In this document: positions 1 through 10,934 of the stretch, piece after piece | Numbering within the stretch: the stretch's first letter is position 1 | How the letters are laid out: each line of letters opens with the position of its first letter | Source of the DNA: a phage | Sequence record: PZ496581.1 | Direction: 5' to 3' (one strand) | DNA length: 64,000 nt | Position numbers and translations under genes: made by a program | The notes under the pieces: model-generated | Told to the model about the DNA's origin: nothing | The model's input: only the letters and a program-made list of their open reading frames with translations | Database searches by the model: none

Positions 1-172
1 TACCAAGGTTATCGTCGGTATTGAACAGTTTACCAGGAGAAATAAATTTTTCGTCCTGAATCATTTTTAAAATATGTTCTAATGGAAGGTTATATTTTTG
101 GGCAAAATAAGGAAGTCCAGATTGCCAGCTTAAACATACACCATCAATATCAGTCAAAATAGTAGGCTTCAT
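1..172 (-). CDS. Partial CDS (N-terminus only; continues beyond window start): HAD-superfamily hydrolase-like
   Basis: ATG at 172 overlaps stop of 169..636 (ATGA); translation MKPTILTDIDGVCLSW... carries a DxDGV HAD motif-I-like signature. Confidence 0.4.
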   Translation of the reverse strand, partial: MKPTILTDIDGVCLSWQSGLPYFAQKYNLPLEHILKMIQDEKFISPGKLFNTDDNLG

Positions 173-636
173 AAAGAGTCTCTTAATAGGTTTAACACGT
201 CAATAAATTCATCTTCAGTTAGTATTGTATCATCTTTTGTTAGGTGGCTGGCCATGCTGTGCTTCAAAATTTTTCCTTTAGAGGCTTGTAAGGCATCACG
301 AAACCCCTTGTTTTGGATCGCGGCTTCAAAATATGCATTTGTGTATAATTCTTTCCACGCTTCGGAGTATCTTGAAAATGGAACTCCTAACCAGAAGAGA
401 GTCCCACTGTCCTGAGCTCTTGCGTAAGACCTTCCAGCTTGCTGTGCAGCCAATCCAGACAACCCAAATATACGTCTTTGTTGTTCAACATTTTTCACCT
501 TACATCCTTGGAGAAATCCTTCAAGACCTCCGAATTGAATACCATCCATAACAAAAGGCCATTGAGCAAAGTTACTTAATGCACATGACGGCCATTTGAA
601 ATTACTTCTTATTTCTAATTCAGACATCTTTAACAC
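169..636 (-). CDS. Hypothetical early protein (155 aa)
   Basis: Track ORF on the early-gene strand, tightly packed with neighbours; no motif recognised. Confidence 0.5.
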   Translation of the reverse strand: MLKMSELEIRSNFKWPSCALSNFAQWPFVMDGIQFGGLEGFLQGCKVKNVEQQRRIFGLSGLAAQQAGRSYARAQDSGTLFWLGVPFSRYSEAWKELYTNAYFEAAIQNKGFRDALQASKGKILKHSMASHLTKDDTILTEDEFIDVLNLLRDSL

Positions 637-838
637 TTATAATTTCAACATCAGCCCAATGTCCGTATCCAGGTATACGGTCTTCGATAGATAAATTTCT
701 GTCATTTTTAGGCATTTTAATTGACGTAACGTATGGTTCTAAACGGTTTTCCGCGTAATATGGAAAAACGTCGGTTACACGATAAGTAACTTCAATCATT
801 TCCGTACCAAACAATTTCTGGATTAATTTATTCAACAT
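620..838 (-). CDS. Hypothetical small protein (72 aa)
   Basis: Track ORF filling the gap on the minus strand; short overlap with the downstream gene. Confidence 0.35.
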   Translation of the reverse strand: MLNKLIQKLFGTEMIEVTYRVTDVFPYYAENRLEPYVTSIKMPKNDRNLSIEDRIPGYGHWADVEIISVKDV

Positions 839-1025
839 GTTTCAACCCTTTAATAGGAGATAACTCTTTACCCATACGTATGTCAGAAGTCCCATCAACC
901 CATTGAACAGCATACGCTTCATTGATAATTCCAGCGGCAGTTTTAAATTCGTTGAGAACTTTAAAAATCATCCCAGGAATTCCAACACCTTTTAATTGGA
1001 CTGTTTGTGCTATTAAAAATTTCAT
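828..1025 (-). CDS. Hypothetical small protein (65 aa)
   Basis: Track ORF on the minus strand. Confidence 0.35.
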   Translation of the reverse strand: MKFLIAQTVQLKGVGIPGMIFKVLNEFKTAAGIINEAYAVQWVDGTSDIRMGKELSPIKGLKHVE

Positions 1026-1079
1026 ATTTTTCCACTTACTAAAGAAATCATTATACTCTAATCCGTCCTTGGATGTACA

Positions 1080-1694
1080 CTACTTAATGAAATTAATTTC
1101 TACCGGATGAACAACAGGTTGAGCAGTGATATATTGAGTAATTGCTTTCATGACTAGAGCTTCAGAACCAGGATTTTTCTCAACGAATTCACGTGCTAGG
1201 TTATGAGCTTCGAGTTCACTCAATAAACCGGAACGCTGGCATCCACGGTCTTGAGTACCCTGTTCAGATAAAAGGACTACTACATATTTTTCATCGTCGT
1301 AGGGCTTAGCCAGTTGAGCAAATGTTCCTTTACTTCCAAAAGGAGAGTTATGTCGCCACATCACGCCGTGAGGAGTTTCAACCTTCGTATATTCGTGCGG
1401 TCCATTTTTCTTAGTTTCTTGATGTGGAACTTCATAGACCTTAGGGTTAGGACATTCAATAAAATGCTCATCTAAATCGGTCGAGAATATTAAAGTAAAA
1501 CAATTACTGAATTTACCAACACCGGCCTGATAAATTTTACCTTCAGAAGTTCTAATTTCACAAACTGAGCCGGCATCAGTAACTTCTAAAACTTCAAAAG
1601 GCTCAATAAGGTCATATGAGAACATGTTTTTAAGGCGTGGAGTAATATCCCCATTTTTAAAATTCATTTTATAAAAAGTATTAACTTTAAACAT
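1080..1694 (-). CDS. Hypothetical protein (~204 aa; start moved to MFKVNTF)
   Basis: Track ORF 1080..1724; the first 10 codons overlap the hairpin at 1707..1722, so the internal ATG is preferred. Confidence 0.5.
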   Translation of the reverse strand: MFKVNTFYKMNFKNGDITPRLKNMFSYDLIEPFEVLEVTDAGSVCEIRTSEGKIYQAGVGKFSNCFTLIFSTDLDEHFIECPNPKVYEVPHQETKKNGPHEYTKVETPHGVMWRHNSPFGSKGTFAQLAKPYDDEKYVVVLLSEQGTQDRGCQRSGLLSELEAHNLAREFVEKNPGSEALVMKAITQYITAQPVVHPVEINFIK

Positions 1695-1706
1695 AATTTC
1701 CTCAGT

Positions 1707-1722
1707 GGGAGCCGAAGCTCCC
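1707..1722 (-). terminator. UUCG-tetraloop hairpin (RNA stability/terminator-like element)
   Basis: gggagc-cgaa-gctccc; reads GGGAGC-UUCG-GCUCCC on the minus-strand RNA; intercistronic. Confidence 0.35.
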
Positions 1723-1729
1723 AATTAAT

Positions 1730-2095
1730 TTAGATATCAAATTCGTTAAGAACTACATCAAAGATTGCTTCGAGATGTTCAGGTTTAGCTCGGTTACTCA
1801 GGATATGACGAATCCAAGTTTTAACCAGAAGTTTACGATTAACACCATTCCAGCAAGGATGAGTACCTAAATCACGCTGACGGAAATCATCATCTAATGC
1901 AATTTTAAAATTTGAACCTTCCATCGTGATTGAAACCGTGATACCATTTTCAAATCGCATATAAACGTAATTAGGAGTCATGCACTGTTCGATTTCACAA
2001 ACTGTACCGTTTTCGTGTTTCCATAAGCAAATAACTTCAGAAGAACCAGCAATACCGTTAGAAACATATTTACGTTCGAAGTTGGTGTAGTTCAT
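1730..2095 (-). CDS. Hypothetical protein (121 aa)
   Basis: Track ORF; shares a CMTP-containing segment with 2170..2538, suggesting local paralogy. Confidence 0.5.
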   Translation of the reverse strand: MNYTNFERKYVSNGIAGSSEVICLWKHENGTVCEIEQCMTPNYVYMRFENGITVSITMEGSNFKIALDDDFRQRDLGTHPCWNGVNRKLLVKTWIRHILSNRAKPEHLEAIFDVVLNEFDI

Positions 2096-2136
2096 TTTAT
2101 TCTCCAGATGTTTAAGTTGTTTGTTGGTACAGGTCT

Positions 2137-2165
2137 ATAATAACATAACCTGTACCAAAGTAAAC
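2137..2165 (-). promoter_or_regulatory. T4-type early promoter (-35 GTTTAC, 17-nt spacer, -10 TATTAT)
   Basis: Read on minus strand; -10 lies inside the inverted repeat ggtacaggt/acctgtacc (2126..2156); ~40 nt upstream of the ATG at 2095. Confidence 0.4.
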
Positions 2166-2169
2166 TGTT

Positions 2170-2538
2170 TTATGCAACTTTAATCCAATTGTCTAAATTT
2201 AAAACACCTTTGGCTTTCATTTTTTCTATCAGGTTATCTGCTGTAATGCGTCCATTTTGATACCATGTAACATCTTCAGAGTAACCAGTTTCTTCGTCAA
2301 CATATGTTTCTGAACGAATTTTACCGGTAATAATAGTTTTTAATTCGTATGTGTCACCTGTGAAAAAGTTTGCTAACACAATTTTCCAAGAGAAATCATC
2401 AGAAGGACCTTCAGGGGTCATACAACCTACGAACTCAAATTGCTCTTTGTATAACATCCACTGGAATTCTTTAATTTCGATAGCTTTATAACCATCGTGG
2501 TCTTTACATTTGATGTATGAGTTCAGATTGATTTTCAT
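2170..2538 (-). CDS. Hypothetical protein (122 aa)
   Basis: Track ORF; CMTP segment shared with 1730..2095. Confidence 0.5.
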   Translation of the reverse strand: MKINLNSYIKCKDHDGYKAIEIKEFQWMLYKEQFEFVGCMTPEGPSDDFSWKIVLANFFTGDTYELKTIITGKIRSETYVDEETGYSEDVTWYQNGRITADNLIEKMKAKGVLNLDNWIKVA

Positions 2539-2645
2539 TTTGTTCTCCAGGTTGTTTTATTGATTAGATGGTACAAGTCTATAGTAACACATCCTACAGG
2601 AGAGTAAACATCTTTTTAAACTTTTTCTGCCCTAAACGCACAAAA

Positions 2646-2663
2646 GGGAGACCGAAGTCTCCC
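2646..2663 (-). terminator. UUCG-tetraloop hairpin (terminator-like)
   Basis: gggagac-cgaa-gtctccc; weak U-tract follows on the minus RNA; immediately downstream of the small basic ORF. Confidence 0.4.
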
Positions 2664-2668
2664 TAAAA

Positions 2669-2848
2669 TTATGCAACAACCTTTCCAAAACGAGAAGCAT
2701 CATCTCGAAGAACTGCACGTGCTCTGCGCATGATCTTCTCAACTGTTTGATTAATACGAGAGTTCGACCCACGCTTGTATCCAGCGCGTTTAGAGGTACC
2801 ATCAACTTTCTTTTCAACTGCTTTCTTTGCTTTAGCTTGTTTTGCCAT
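2669..2848 (-). CDS. Small lysine/arginine-rich protein (59 aa), not in the ORF track
   Basis: Hand translation MAKQAKAKKAVEKKVDGTSKRAGYKRGSNSRINQTVEKIMRRARAVLRDDASRFGKVVA; ATG at 2848, stop before the hairpin. Confidence 0.45.
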   Translation of the reverse strand: MAKQAKAKKAVEKKVDGTSKRAGYKRGSNSRINQTVEKIMRRARAVLRDDASRFGKVVA

Positions 2849-3143
2849 TATAAATTCTCTTTAAATGAAAATGCAGGACTTATTGACATTGCCTGCGCAA
2901 GCCCTCAAGGGGAACATAGGTTTTGGATATTTAACGACAGGATAACCATAAACCCGTCATCATACCAACCACGACTTAGACAGATAACCTTTTTCTGACG
3001 CGTGATAGTACAAAATACATTCAAGAGGTACACCGTAAAACTGCCGGGGCCTTAAAACTATAATGATTCGCAAATCATTAATCAGACAGTTCGACGGCTC
3101 CTCGATTTTCTAGCCGCACTTAAGGTAGCGAATCACCTAAAAC

Positions 3144-3392
3144 TTATTTAAGGGTAATAACAAAATGACGTACTGCTTTACGAGCTGCAGAAGCCAAAGG
3201 CTTAGCATATTTCAGTTCATCTTTTGCTTCCAGTTCAGAGGCCAAAGCTGCCTGTACCGGGTTCAGATGTTTGAAATAATGCAGGATTTCCAGTGCTTCG
3301 GCTTCAACATCAATCGACGCGCCGTAGTTTTCGTGACCGTTATTCCATGCGTTTCGTTGCAGTTCAAGAGCGTGTTGTAATTGTTTAATCAT
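3144..3392 (-). CDS. rIII: rIII lysis-inhibition accessory protein (82 aa)
   Basis: Length and sequence recalled as T4 rIII-like; sits beside gene 31 as in T4. Confidence 0.75.
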   Translation of the reverse strand: MIKQLQHALELQRNAWNNGHENYGASIDVEAEALEILHYFKHLNPVQAALASELEAKDELKYAKPLASAARKAVRHFVITLK

Positions 3393-3516
3393 TTTAAATT
3401 CTCAATTCGAGATAATATTTAGTAGCCACGTTCGTCTGAATTTCACCTTCTTTCGACAAGTCTCTCAGTTGTAGGCTACCGCTTAGAAGAGTGTTCTCTT
3501 CATATAGTTATTTATA

Positions 3517-3849
3517 TCACTTATAAAGACACGGAATAGCTTTATAGTGGCATGTTACGAATTTCTGTTTAATTTCTTTAGGTTGTTTAAGTCCCAAAGC
3601 CACAAATGGATGTGGAACATTTCGAATTTGTCCAACTGGTAGTGGAGTCAAATCACCGACTTCAACAAAACCTTCAGGAACATCAGGACCTACAGAATGA
3701 ACTACACATAGTTCAGGAACTTCACCTTGAACACGTTTACCAATCACAAGTCCTGATTCGGTAACTTCTTCATCACCTGCTTGAGCGGGTTCAGAAACCA
3801 GAATGACATATTCACCAACAGCACGAATTGGGAGTTGTACTTCAGACAT
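3517..3849 (-). CDS. 31: gp31 co-chaperonin (GroES-like), 110 aa
   Basis: [34 protein letters not shown]... is near-identical to remembered T4 gp31. Confidence 0.9.
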   Translation of the reverse strand: MSEVQLPIRAVGEYVILVSEPAQAGDEEVTESGLVIGKRVQGEVPELCVVHSVGPDVPEGFVEVGDLTPLPVGQIRNVPHPFVALGLKQPKEIKQKFVTCHYKAIPCLYK

Positions 3850-3906
3850 CTTATTTCCTTGTTGTTTGACGATAGATTAATAATACCATACTATTCGTAA
3901 AGCATA

Positions 3907-4203
3907 TTACATAAGAAGCAAACGTTCTACCGGAGTACCATCAACCGAAATTACTTTATCAAGGCGGAAAGAACGCCACTGACCTAACTTGGTATCGAAT
4001 GCTCGAACTGATTCACGAGGTTCAGAACGAACTTCTGTTGCCGGATTGTTATTTTCATATTTGACTTCAAGTTCATCACGAGAAGCAAACATCGTACGAA
4101 CATCACCGTTAGCCTTTTCAAACACAACACAATGAACGCCTACAGACAGAATAGTTTTAATACGTTCACGAAGAACCATAGTTTCTTGTTCAGTTAAAAT
4201 CAT
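3907..4203 (-). CDS. Hypothetical protein (~98 aa)
   Basis: Track ORF 3907..4215; internal ATG chosen to limit overlap with the cd stop. Confidence 0.4.
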   Translation of the reverse strand: MILTEQETMVLRERIKTILSVGVHCVVFEKANGDVRTMFASRDELEVKYENNNPATEVRSEPRESVRAFDTKLGQWRSFRLDKVISVDGTPVERLLLM

Positions 4204-4204
4204 A

Positions 4205-4786
4205 TTATTCACCACAAAAGTTTCGAATTTGTTCCCAATTCAGAGAACGAAGATTATTACGAGAGTACTGAATTACTTCAATACCGGCTTGTTTTAGAAT
4301 GTCTGCCCAATTTTCAGGAGATCGGTCATATAATTCTGCATATACAACCTTTTTAATACCTGACTGTGTAATAGCTTTAGTGCAATCAGGGCACGGAGAA
4401 AGCGTAGTATATAACGTAGCACCTTCAATAGAATTACCTTTACGAGCTGCAAACAAAATTGCATTCAATTCAGCATGGATTTCGTTATTAGCAGACCATG
4501 CACTATGAGCGGCCCGATGTTCTTTAGCCAAAACAAAATTATCCACCCGTCCAAATGCTGTAGTGCCTTCTTTATGCCCAGCAACGATGTCCGGGCTTGG
4601 TTTATTCTTCAACCAACCGTTTTCGGATGCATGTTCGCAACAGTTTGTACCACCGGCCGGGCTACCGTTATACCCAGTAGAAATAATGCGCCCATCTTTT
4701 TCAATGACGGCACCAACTTTCCATGAACAACATTTTGATTCTTGAGAAATCAGATATGCAATCTGAAGGTATGTGCTAGCTTTCAT
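4205..4786 (-). CDS. cd: dCMP deaminase (193 aa)
   Basis: Zinc-dependent deaminase motifs HAELNAI and PCPDC; same length as T4 Cd. Confidence 0.85.
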   Translation of the reverse strand: MKASTYLQIAYLISQESKCCSWKVGAVIEKDGRIISTGYNGSPAGGTNCCEHASENGWLKNKPSPDIVAGHKEGTTAFGRVDNFVLAKEHRAAHSAWSANNEIHAELNAILFAARKGNSIEGATLYTTLSPCPDCTKAITQSGIKKVVYAELYDRSPENWADILKQAGIEVIQYSRNNLRSLNWEQIRNFCGE

Positions 4787-5778
4787 TATTGAACCTTATT
4801 AATATGAGTTAACAGCTCTTTAGTTTGTTCCCAACTGATGCACGCATCGGTAACGGAAACGCCATAGGACATATTATCAGAAATTTTTTGATTTCCTTCA
4901 TGTAGGAATGATTCTATCATAATTCCTTTGACCAAATCATTAGCTGCTAAATTTTTACCAATACCAATTTGATTGCTATAATGCCCATCAGCGTTTGCAT
5001 GGCTACAGTCAACCATTACATAATGATTCAGACCTACTGCCCTTGCTTTGTTAGAAGCTTCTTGAATATCAGAAGAATGATAGTTCGGGCCGTTGGTCCC
5101 GCCACGCAATACGATATGCGTATTCTGATTACCTTCAGCTTCAACAATGCCTACAGTACCATCGACGTCCATACCCATATACCGATGAGGCCAGGCGGCA
5201 CTATACATCGCGTCTGTAGCTACTTTAATAGAACCATTGGTTGCGTTCTTGAAGCCTACGCACATCGGTAGACCTGAAGCAATTTCACGATGTGTCTGAC
5301 TTTCAGTCGTACGGGCGCCAATAGCAACCCATGAGAAAATACCAGAAAGATACTTAATCGTGAATGGGTCTAATACTTCAGTTGCTAATGGAAGTCCCAT
5401 ACGTAGAAGTTTACGACACAATGTTCGTGCAACTATAAGACCGTGGTTCATATCAAAACTTCCGTCAAGATATGGATCATTTACAAGACCTTTCCAACCT
5501 ACGGTAGTTCGAGGCTTTTCAAAATAAACGCGCATCACTAACAGAACATTAGGAAGACGAGTTTGAAGTTCAGCCAAACGTTTGCCGTATTCAACAGCAG
5601 CAATAGGGTCATGAATTGAACAAGGACCTACAACAATAAGTTTGCGTGGGTCTTCACCGTTCATAATCGAATTAACTTGTTCGCGATGAGAAGCCACTTG
5701 TGATGCGTAAGCTTCCGACAAAGGAATAATCTCAGCCAGTTCTTTTGGAGAAATAAGTTTTCCGACGACAGGTAACAT
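4786..5778 (-). CDS. 3-deoxy-D-arabino-heptulosonate-7-phosphate (DAHP) synthase, class I AroG/F/H-like (330 aa)
   Basis: Conserved blocks LIVVGPCSIHDP, RVYFEKPRTTVGWKGL, GARTTESQTHRE, CVGFKN, LRGG..PNY, SHAN, ESFLHEGNQ match E. coli AroG from memory. Confidence 0.85.
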   Translation of the reverse strand: MLPVVGKLISPKELAEIIPLSEAYASQVASHREQVNSIMNGEDPRKLIVVGPCSIHDPIAAVEYGKRLAELQTRLPNVLLVMRVYFEKPRTTVGWKGLVNDPYLDGSFDMNHGLIVARTLCRKLLRMGLPLATEVLDPFTIKYLSGIFSWVAIGARTTESQTHREIASGLPMCVGFKNATNGSIKVATDAMYSAAWPHRYMGMDVDGTVGIVEAEGNQNTHIVLRGGTNGPNYHSSDIQEASNKARAVGLNHYVMVDCSHANADGHYSNQIGIGKNLAANDLVKGIMIESFLHEGNQKISDNMSYGVSVTDACISWEQTKELLTHINKVQ

Positions 5779-5898
5779 AACAATCCTTAGGAGATATAAA
5801 CAGATTCTGATTCAACAATACCTTTAACCGGATTAGACAGGCTAAGTTGGTAGTGCTCAGATTTATGACCATTCTCGATAGTAATTAGATAGCTCTCA

Positions 5899-6135
5899 TT
5901 ATAGTGTTCCATATACTCGAGTTGCTTCAACTAAACCGTCACTGCCTAATTTAAGGCTAGTAATCTGGTCACCATCTTTAGGATTAACGATTATGAGAAA
6001 AGAACGTGGAGATTCTTGAATAACTCGTAATGTTGCATCCTGGAAACGTTCAGACACTTTATTGATGAGTGCTTGAGCAAATTCTTTTACTTTAATCTGA
6101 AATTCGTGTACTGTAATTGGGTTTTCACTTAGCAT
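5899..6135 (-). CDS. Hypothetical protein (78 aa)
   Basis: Track ORF with its own early-type promoter upstream. Confidence 0.45.
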   Translation of the reverse strand: MLSENPITVHEFQIKVKEFAQALINKVSERFQDATLRVIQESPRSFLIIVNPKDGDQITSLKLGSDGLVEATRVYGTL

Positions 6136-6164
6136 TTCGATTTCCTCATTGTGTTGGTAGAGTC

Positions 6165-6194
6165 ATAGTATCACAACTCTACCATGTTGTAAAC
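6165..6194 (-). promoter_or_regulatory. T4-type early promoter (-35 GTTTAC, 18 nt, -10 TACTAT) inside an inverted repeat
   Basis: -10 lies in the loop of ggtagagt/actctacc (6156..6183). Confidence 0.4.
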
Positions 6195-6196
6195 CA

Positions 6197-6472
6197 TTAA
6201 ATTGCTTTGCATTCAATTTTTTGTGTACCGAAATTGATATCACATTGGATAACTAAATCGCCGTCAAGATCAAATACCACGATGACGTGTGCAGACCCAG
6301 GGAGAAGAGTAATAGCAATAGAATCTACTTGGTCTGGGAGCAAAGCATTGAGTACATGAGTTACTTGAGCATGAACTCTGAGTTCGGCTGCATTATCAAG
6401 CACTTCAAACATATTATTAGCAATAATCTGACTGAAGACTACCTTTACAATTTCAGAATAAGTTGGGAACAT
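6197..6472 (-). CDS. Hypothetical protein (~91 aa; start at MFPTYSEIV)
   Basis: Track ORF 6197..6532 trimmed to an internal ATG to avoid overlap with 6480..6704. Confidence 0.4.
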   Translation of the reverse strand: MFPTYSEIVKVVFSQIIANNMFEVLDNAAELRVHAQVTHVLNALLPDQVDSIAITLLPGSAHVIVVFDLDGDLVIQCDINFGTQKIECKAI

Positions 6473-6479
6473 AATTACC

Positions 6480-6704
6480 TCAGTGTACAGTGTGCACTTT
6501 AACTCGAACAACAAATCGCTCGGTTGGTTCACCTACAGGAACAAACTCTACATGATATTCACCTTTGTAACGAGTATTCAGATCATTACGAATTCCTGCG
6601 AGTTTGTTGATTAATGTAGGACTCATATTAAGTCCCACTAGTTTACGAAGCATTTTGTATGCTTCATCTTCGATTTCATGATGTTTATCATACATAGTTT
6701 TCAT
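6480..6704 (-). CDS. Hypothetical protein (74 aa)
   Basis: Track ORF, minus strand. Confidence 0.45.
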   Translation of the reverse strand: MKTMYDKHHEIEDEAYKMLRKLVGLNMSPTLINKLAGIRNDLNTRYKGEYHVEFVPVGEPTERFVVRVKVHTVH

Positions 6705-6875
6705 TTAACCATTCAATTGCTTGGTCAACACTATCGAAAATAGCACCATCCAAACGTTCTTCATGCTCATAGTCCAGCACATCAATACCGAACTGTCCAT
6801 TTACTAAAGGCCAGGCTACAAACAAATATTCTTTATGCTGTTCGATGGCCTCAATCACTTCATATAATCGTTTCA

Positions 6876-6876
<1 letters not shown>
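6688..6876 (-). CDS. Hypothetical protein (62 aa)
   Basis: Track ORF; start overlaps the pseT stop. Confidence 0.45.
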
Positions 6877-7962
<1,086 letters not shown>

Positions 7963-7963
<1 letters not shown>

Positions 7964-8262
7964 TATTTTATTCCTAAGAAAGTTTCAAGAATACGAATGT
8001 TATGCTCGCGCCGGTCTTTATTAATTTCAGCAACGTTTTTATTAATTGACGTACTTCTAACGTTTGAAGAAATAAATTTAATCATATGACTTTTGAGTTG
8101 TTGCAAATCCAACCCTTTTTCTTTAGCAGCTTTACGAAGAGCTTTACCTGCTTCATCTAGTGCCTTTGCTGCATCTTTGTCATAATCTACAAGTGTCATT
8201 CCACGGCAGATATCAATATACTCATCAGACCGTTTGATGTAATTCTCTAGTAATGTTTTCAT
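7963..8262 (-). CDS. Hypothetical protein (99 aa)
   Basis: Track ORF with promoter module upstream. Confidence 0.45.
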
Positions 8263-8290
8263 TTAGATTTCCTCAATTATCCATAGGAGC

Positions 8291-8320
8291 ATTATACTCT
8301 GCTCCCGAGAGTTTGTAAAC
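8291..8320 (-). promoter_or_regulatory. T4-type early promoter (-35 GTTTAC, 18 nt, -10 TATAAT) inside inverted repeat ggagca/tgctcc
   Basis: Read on minus strand, ~30 nt upstream of the ATG at 8262. Confidence 0.4.
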
Positions 8321-8544
8321 TATTTTACTAAAGATTCAATATACTCATGAAGAGCTTTAGTCGCTACTGCCCACTTATTCTGATATTCATTTTTCAGATT
8401 AGCACGAGACTGAACTAACAAGCGGTCATTAGTCGGAGGCAAAGATTCTAATCGTTGAATCTGGCGTCCATAAATCATAGCCGCCATTTCAGATTCATAG
8501 ATAAGCCCTTTAATGTATTCATGCTGTTCTTTAGTCATTGGCAT
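8320..8544 (-). CDS. Hypothetical protein (74 aa)
   Basis: Track ORF. Confidence 0.45.
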   Translation of the reverse strand: MPMTKEQHEYIKGLIYESEMAAMIYGRQIQRLESLPPTNDRLLVQSRANLKNEYQNKWAVATKALHEYIESLVK

Positions 8545-8825
8545 TTTTCCTCTTTTAAACCACTACGATAATAACATAACATAGTCTTCTGGTCATGTAT
8601 ATATCTTTTTACGTCGTTTAACCAGATACGAAATTCTTGAGAGTCTTCAAATGGCATTCCAACCCACGGATTACCATCAATAACCTTTACTTGCCATTTC
8701 TGGTTATATTCAACAATAGATTCTGGCCATGGCGGATGTAAAGTTTCTTTAGGGCTTAAGGGCACATCCTGGGCACATCCAGCCAAAATACCAATAGATA
8801 ATACAACTGCGGTTAATTTAATCAT
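8535..8825 (-). CDS. Lipoprotein; candidate outer-membrane spanin subunit (96 aa)
   Basis: Signal peptide with lipobox LAGC; 4-nt overlap with the upstream TM/coiled-coil gene; lies upstream of pseT where T4 carries its spanins. Confidence 0.5.
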   Translation of the reverse strand: MIKLTAVVLSIGILAGCAQDVPLSPKETLHPPWPESIVEYNQKWQVKVIDGNPWVGMPFEDSQEFRIWLNDVKRYIHDQKTMLCYYRSGLKEEKCQ

Positions 8826-9178
8826 TCTGAGAGCTTCCTGAGGTCTTCTGCAAAGGAATCGAAGGACCTGTTGATTTGTTTTTCGACCAATCCTGGCTTA
8901 CTTGCCACCACGTTCTTCTTCTTCGAATCCTGACGGAGCTTTTCATTTTCGGCCTTAAGTTGGTCAACTAAAACACGGTTCTTATAAGTCATTTCTTCGA
9001 TTGACTGATATTGAACCTTGAAGTCGTCTAATACTTTAGCATTGTTTTTAGCGGCCTCTTTGACAGAAGCTAATTCAGTATTCAACGAATCAACTTTGTT
9101 GTTTAAGACAACTATTGTTACCGTAGAAACTAGAGCAAAAGCTGCTACTATAGCATAAATCGGATTTACTTTAAGCAT
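8822..9178 (-). CDS. N-terminal TM plus coiled-coil protein; candidate inner-membrane spanin subunit (118 aa)
   Basis: Hydrophobic N-terminus (PIYAIVAAFALVSTVTIVVL) followed by a charged helical region; overlaps the lipoprotein gene. Confidence 0.45.
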   Translation of the reverse strand: MLKVNPIYAIVAAFALVSTVTIVVLNNKVDSLNTELASVKEAAKNNAKVLDDFKVQYQSIEEMTYKNRVLVDQLKAENEKLRQDSKKKNVVASKPGLVEKQINRSFDSFAEDLRKLSE

Positions 9179-9666
9179 GTTTTAATAATCTCAATGATTT
9201 CATCTCGGGATAATCCATTGATAAGAACGGTTTTCAAACCATCACACTGGATTTTGTACGATTCAAACAATACACACAACTCTTCTGCTGTATGATACGG
9301 ACTTGAAATTCCGAGGCGGTTGAATTTGTCGGTAAGAGGGTCGCAAATAATGTAGAATTTTATACCTGCGATATGTACGTTTGGTTGACTAATATTAATG
9401 AACACATTAGCGTCATATTTAGTCAAATTGTTTTGAAGAAATTCTACCATGGCATTAACTGCTTCCGGCATCGCTTCGCGTTTCTCTTCAGCGTATCGGG
9501 TGGAATACTCTTTTTGTTTTACTTTCTTTTTAAGATTTTTGGCCAGTGTAACACGTAGGTCAGTAAGATAACCAACTGGACGTCCCTTCTTAAAGACCCG
9601 GATTCCGTCAGTTGTGTCTCCAAAAGCGGTTACGACCATATCGTTAGTAATCAATTGCATATTCAT
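9166..9666 (-). CDS. Hypothetical protein (~166 aa; start at MNMQLITN)
   Basis: Track ORF 9166..9729; its N-terminal extension is the reverse complement of the promoter module, so the internal ATG is preferred. Confidence 0.45.
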   Translation of the reverse strand: MNMQLITNDMVVTAFGDTTDGIRVFKKGRPVGYLTDLRVTLAKNLKKKVKQKEYSTRYAEEKREAMPEAVNAMVEFLQNNLTKYDANVFINISQPNVHIAGIKFYIICDPLTDKFNRLGISSPYHTAEELCVLFESYKIQCDGLKTVLINGLSRDEIIEIIKTCLK

Positions 9667-9696
9667 AATTTTCTCCTCGTGTTGTTGATAAAAGCC

Positions 9697-9726
9697 ATAG
9701 TAACACCATCCTTGGTGTTTGTAAAC
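9697..9726 (-). promoter_or_regulatory. T4-type early promoter (-35 GTTTAC, 18 nt, -10 TACTAT)
   Basis: Palindrome caccatccttggtg lies in the spacer; -35 overlaps the stop of gene 63. Confidence 0.4.
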
Positions 9727-9728
9727 CA

Positions 9729-10862
<1,134 letters not shown>

Positions 10863-10902
10863 TCAGTTAGTTTTTTAAATTGTACCACAATCCTTGTGGT
10901 GT

Positions 10903-10934
10903 GTAAACTACTTTTTCTTATGTTGGATATTCCA
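10903..10934 (-). promoter_or_regulatory. Candidate early promoter for gene 63 (-35 GTTTAC, -10 TACAAT)
   Basis: Palindrome ccacaaggattgtgg lies in the spacer; position relative to the denA stop is approximate. Confidence 0.3.

Noticed and set aside
2632-2817. 61-aa minus-strand track ORF
   Set aside because: A different frame across the same region gives a coherent basic protein with a proper ATG and ends at the hairpin; the track frame has implausible composition
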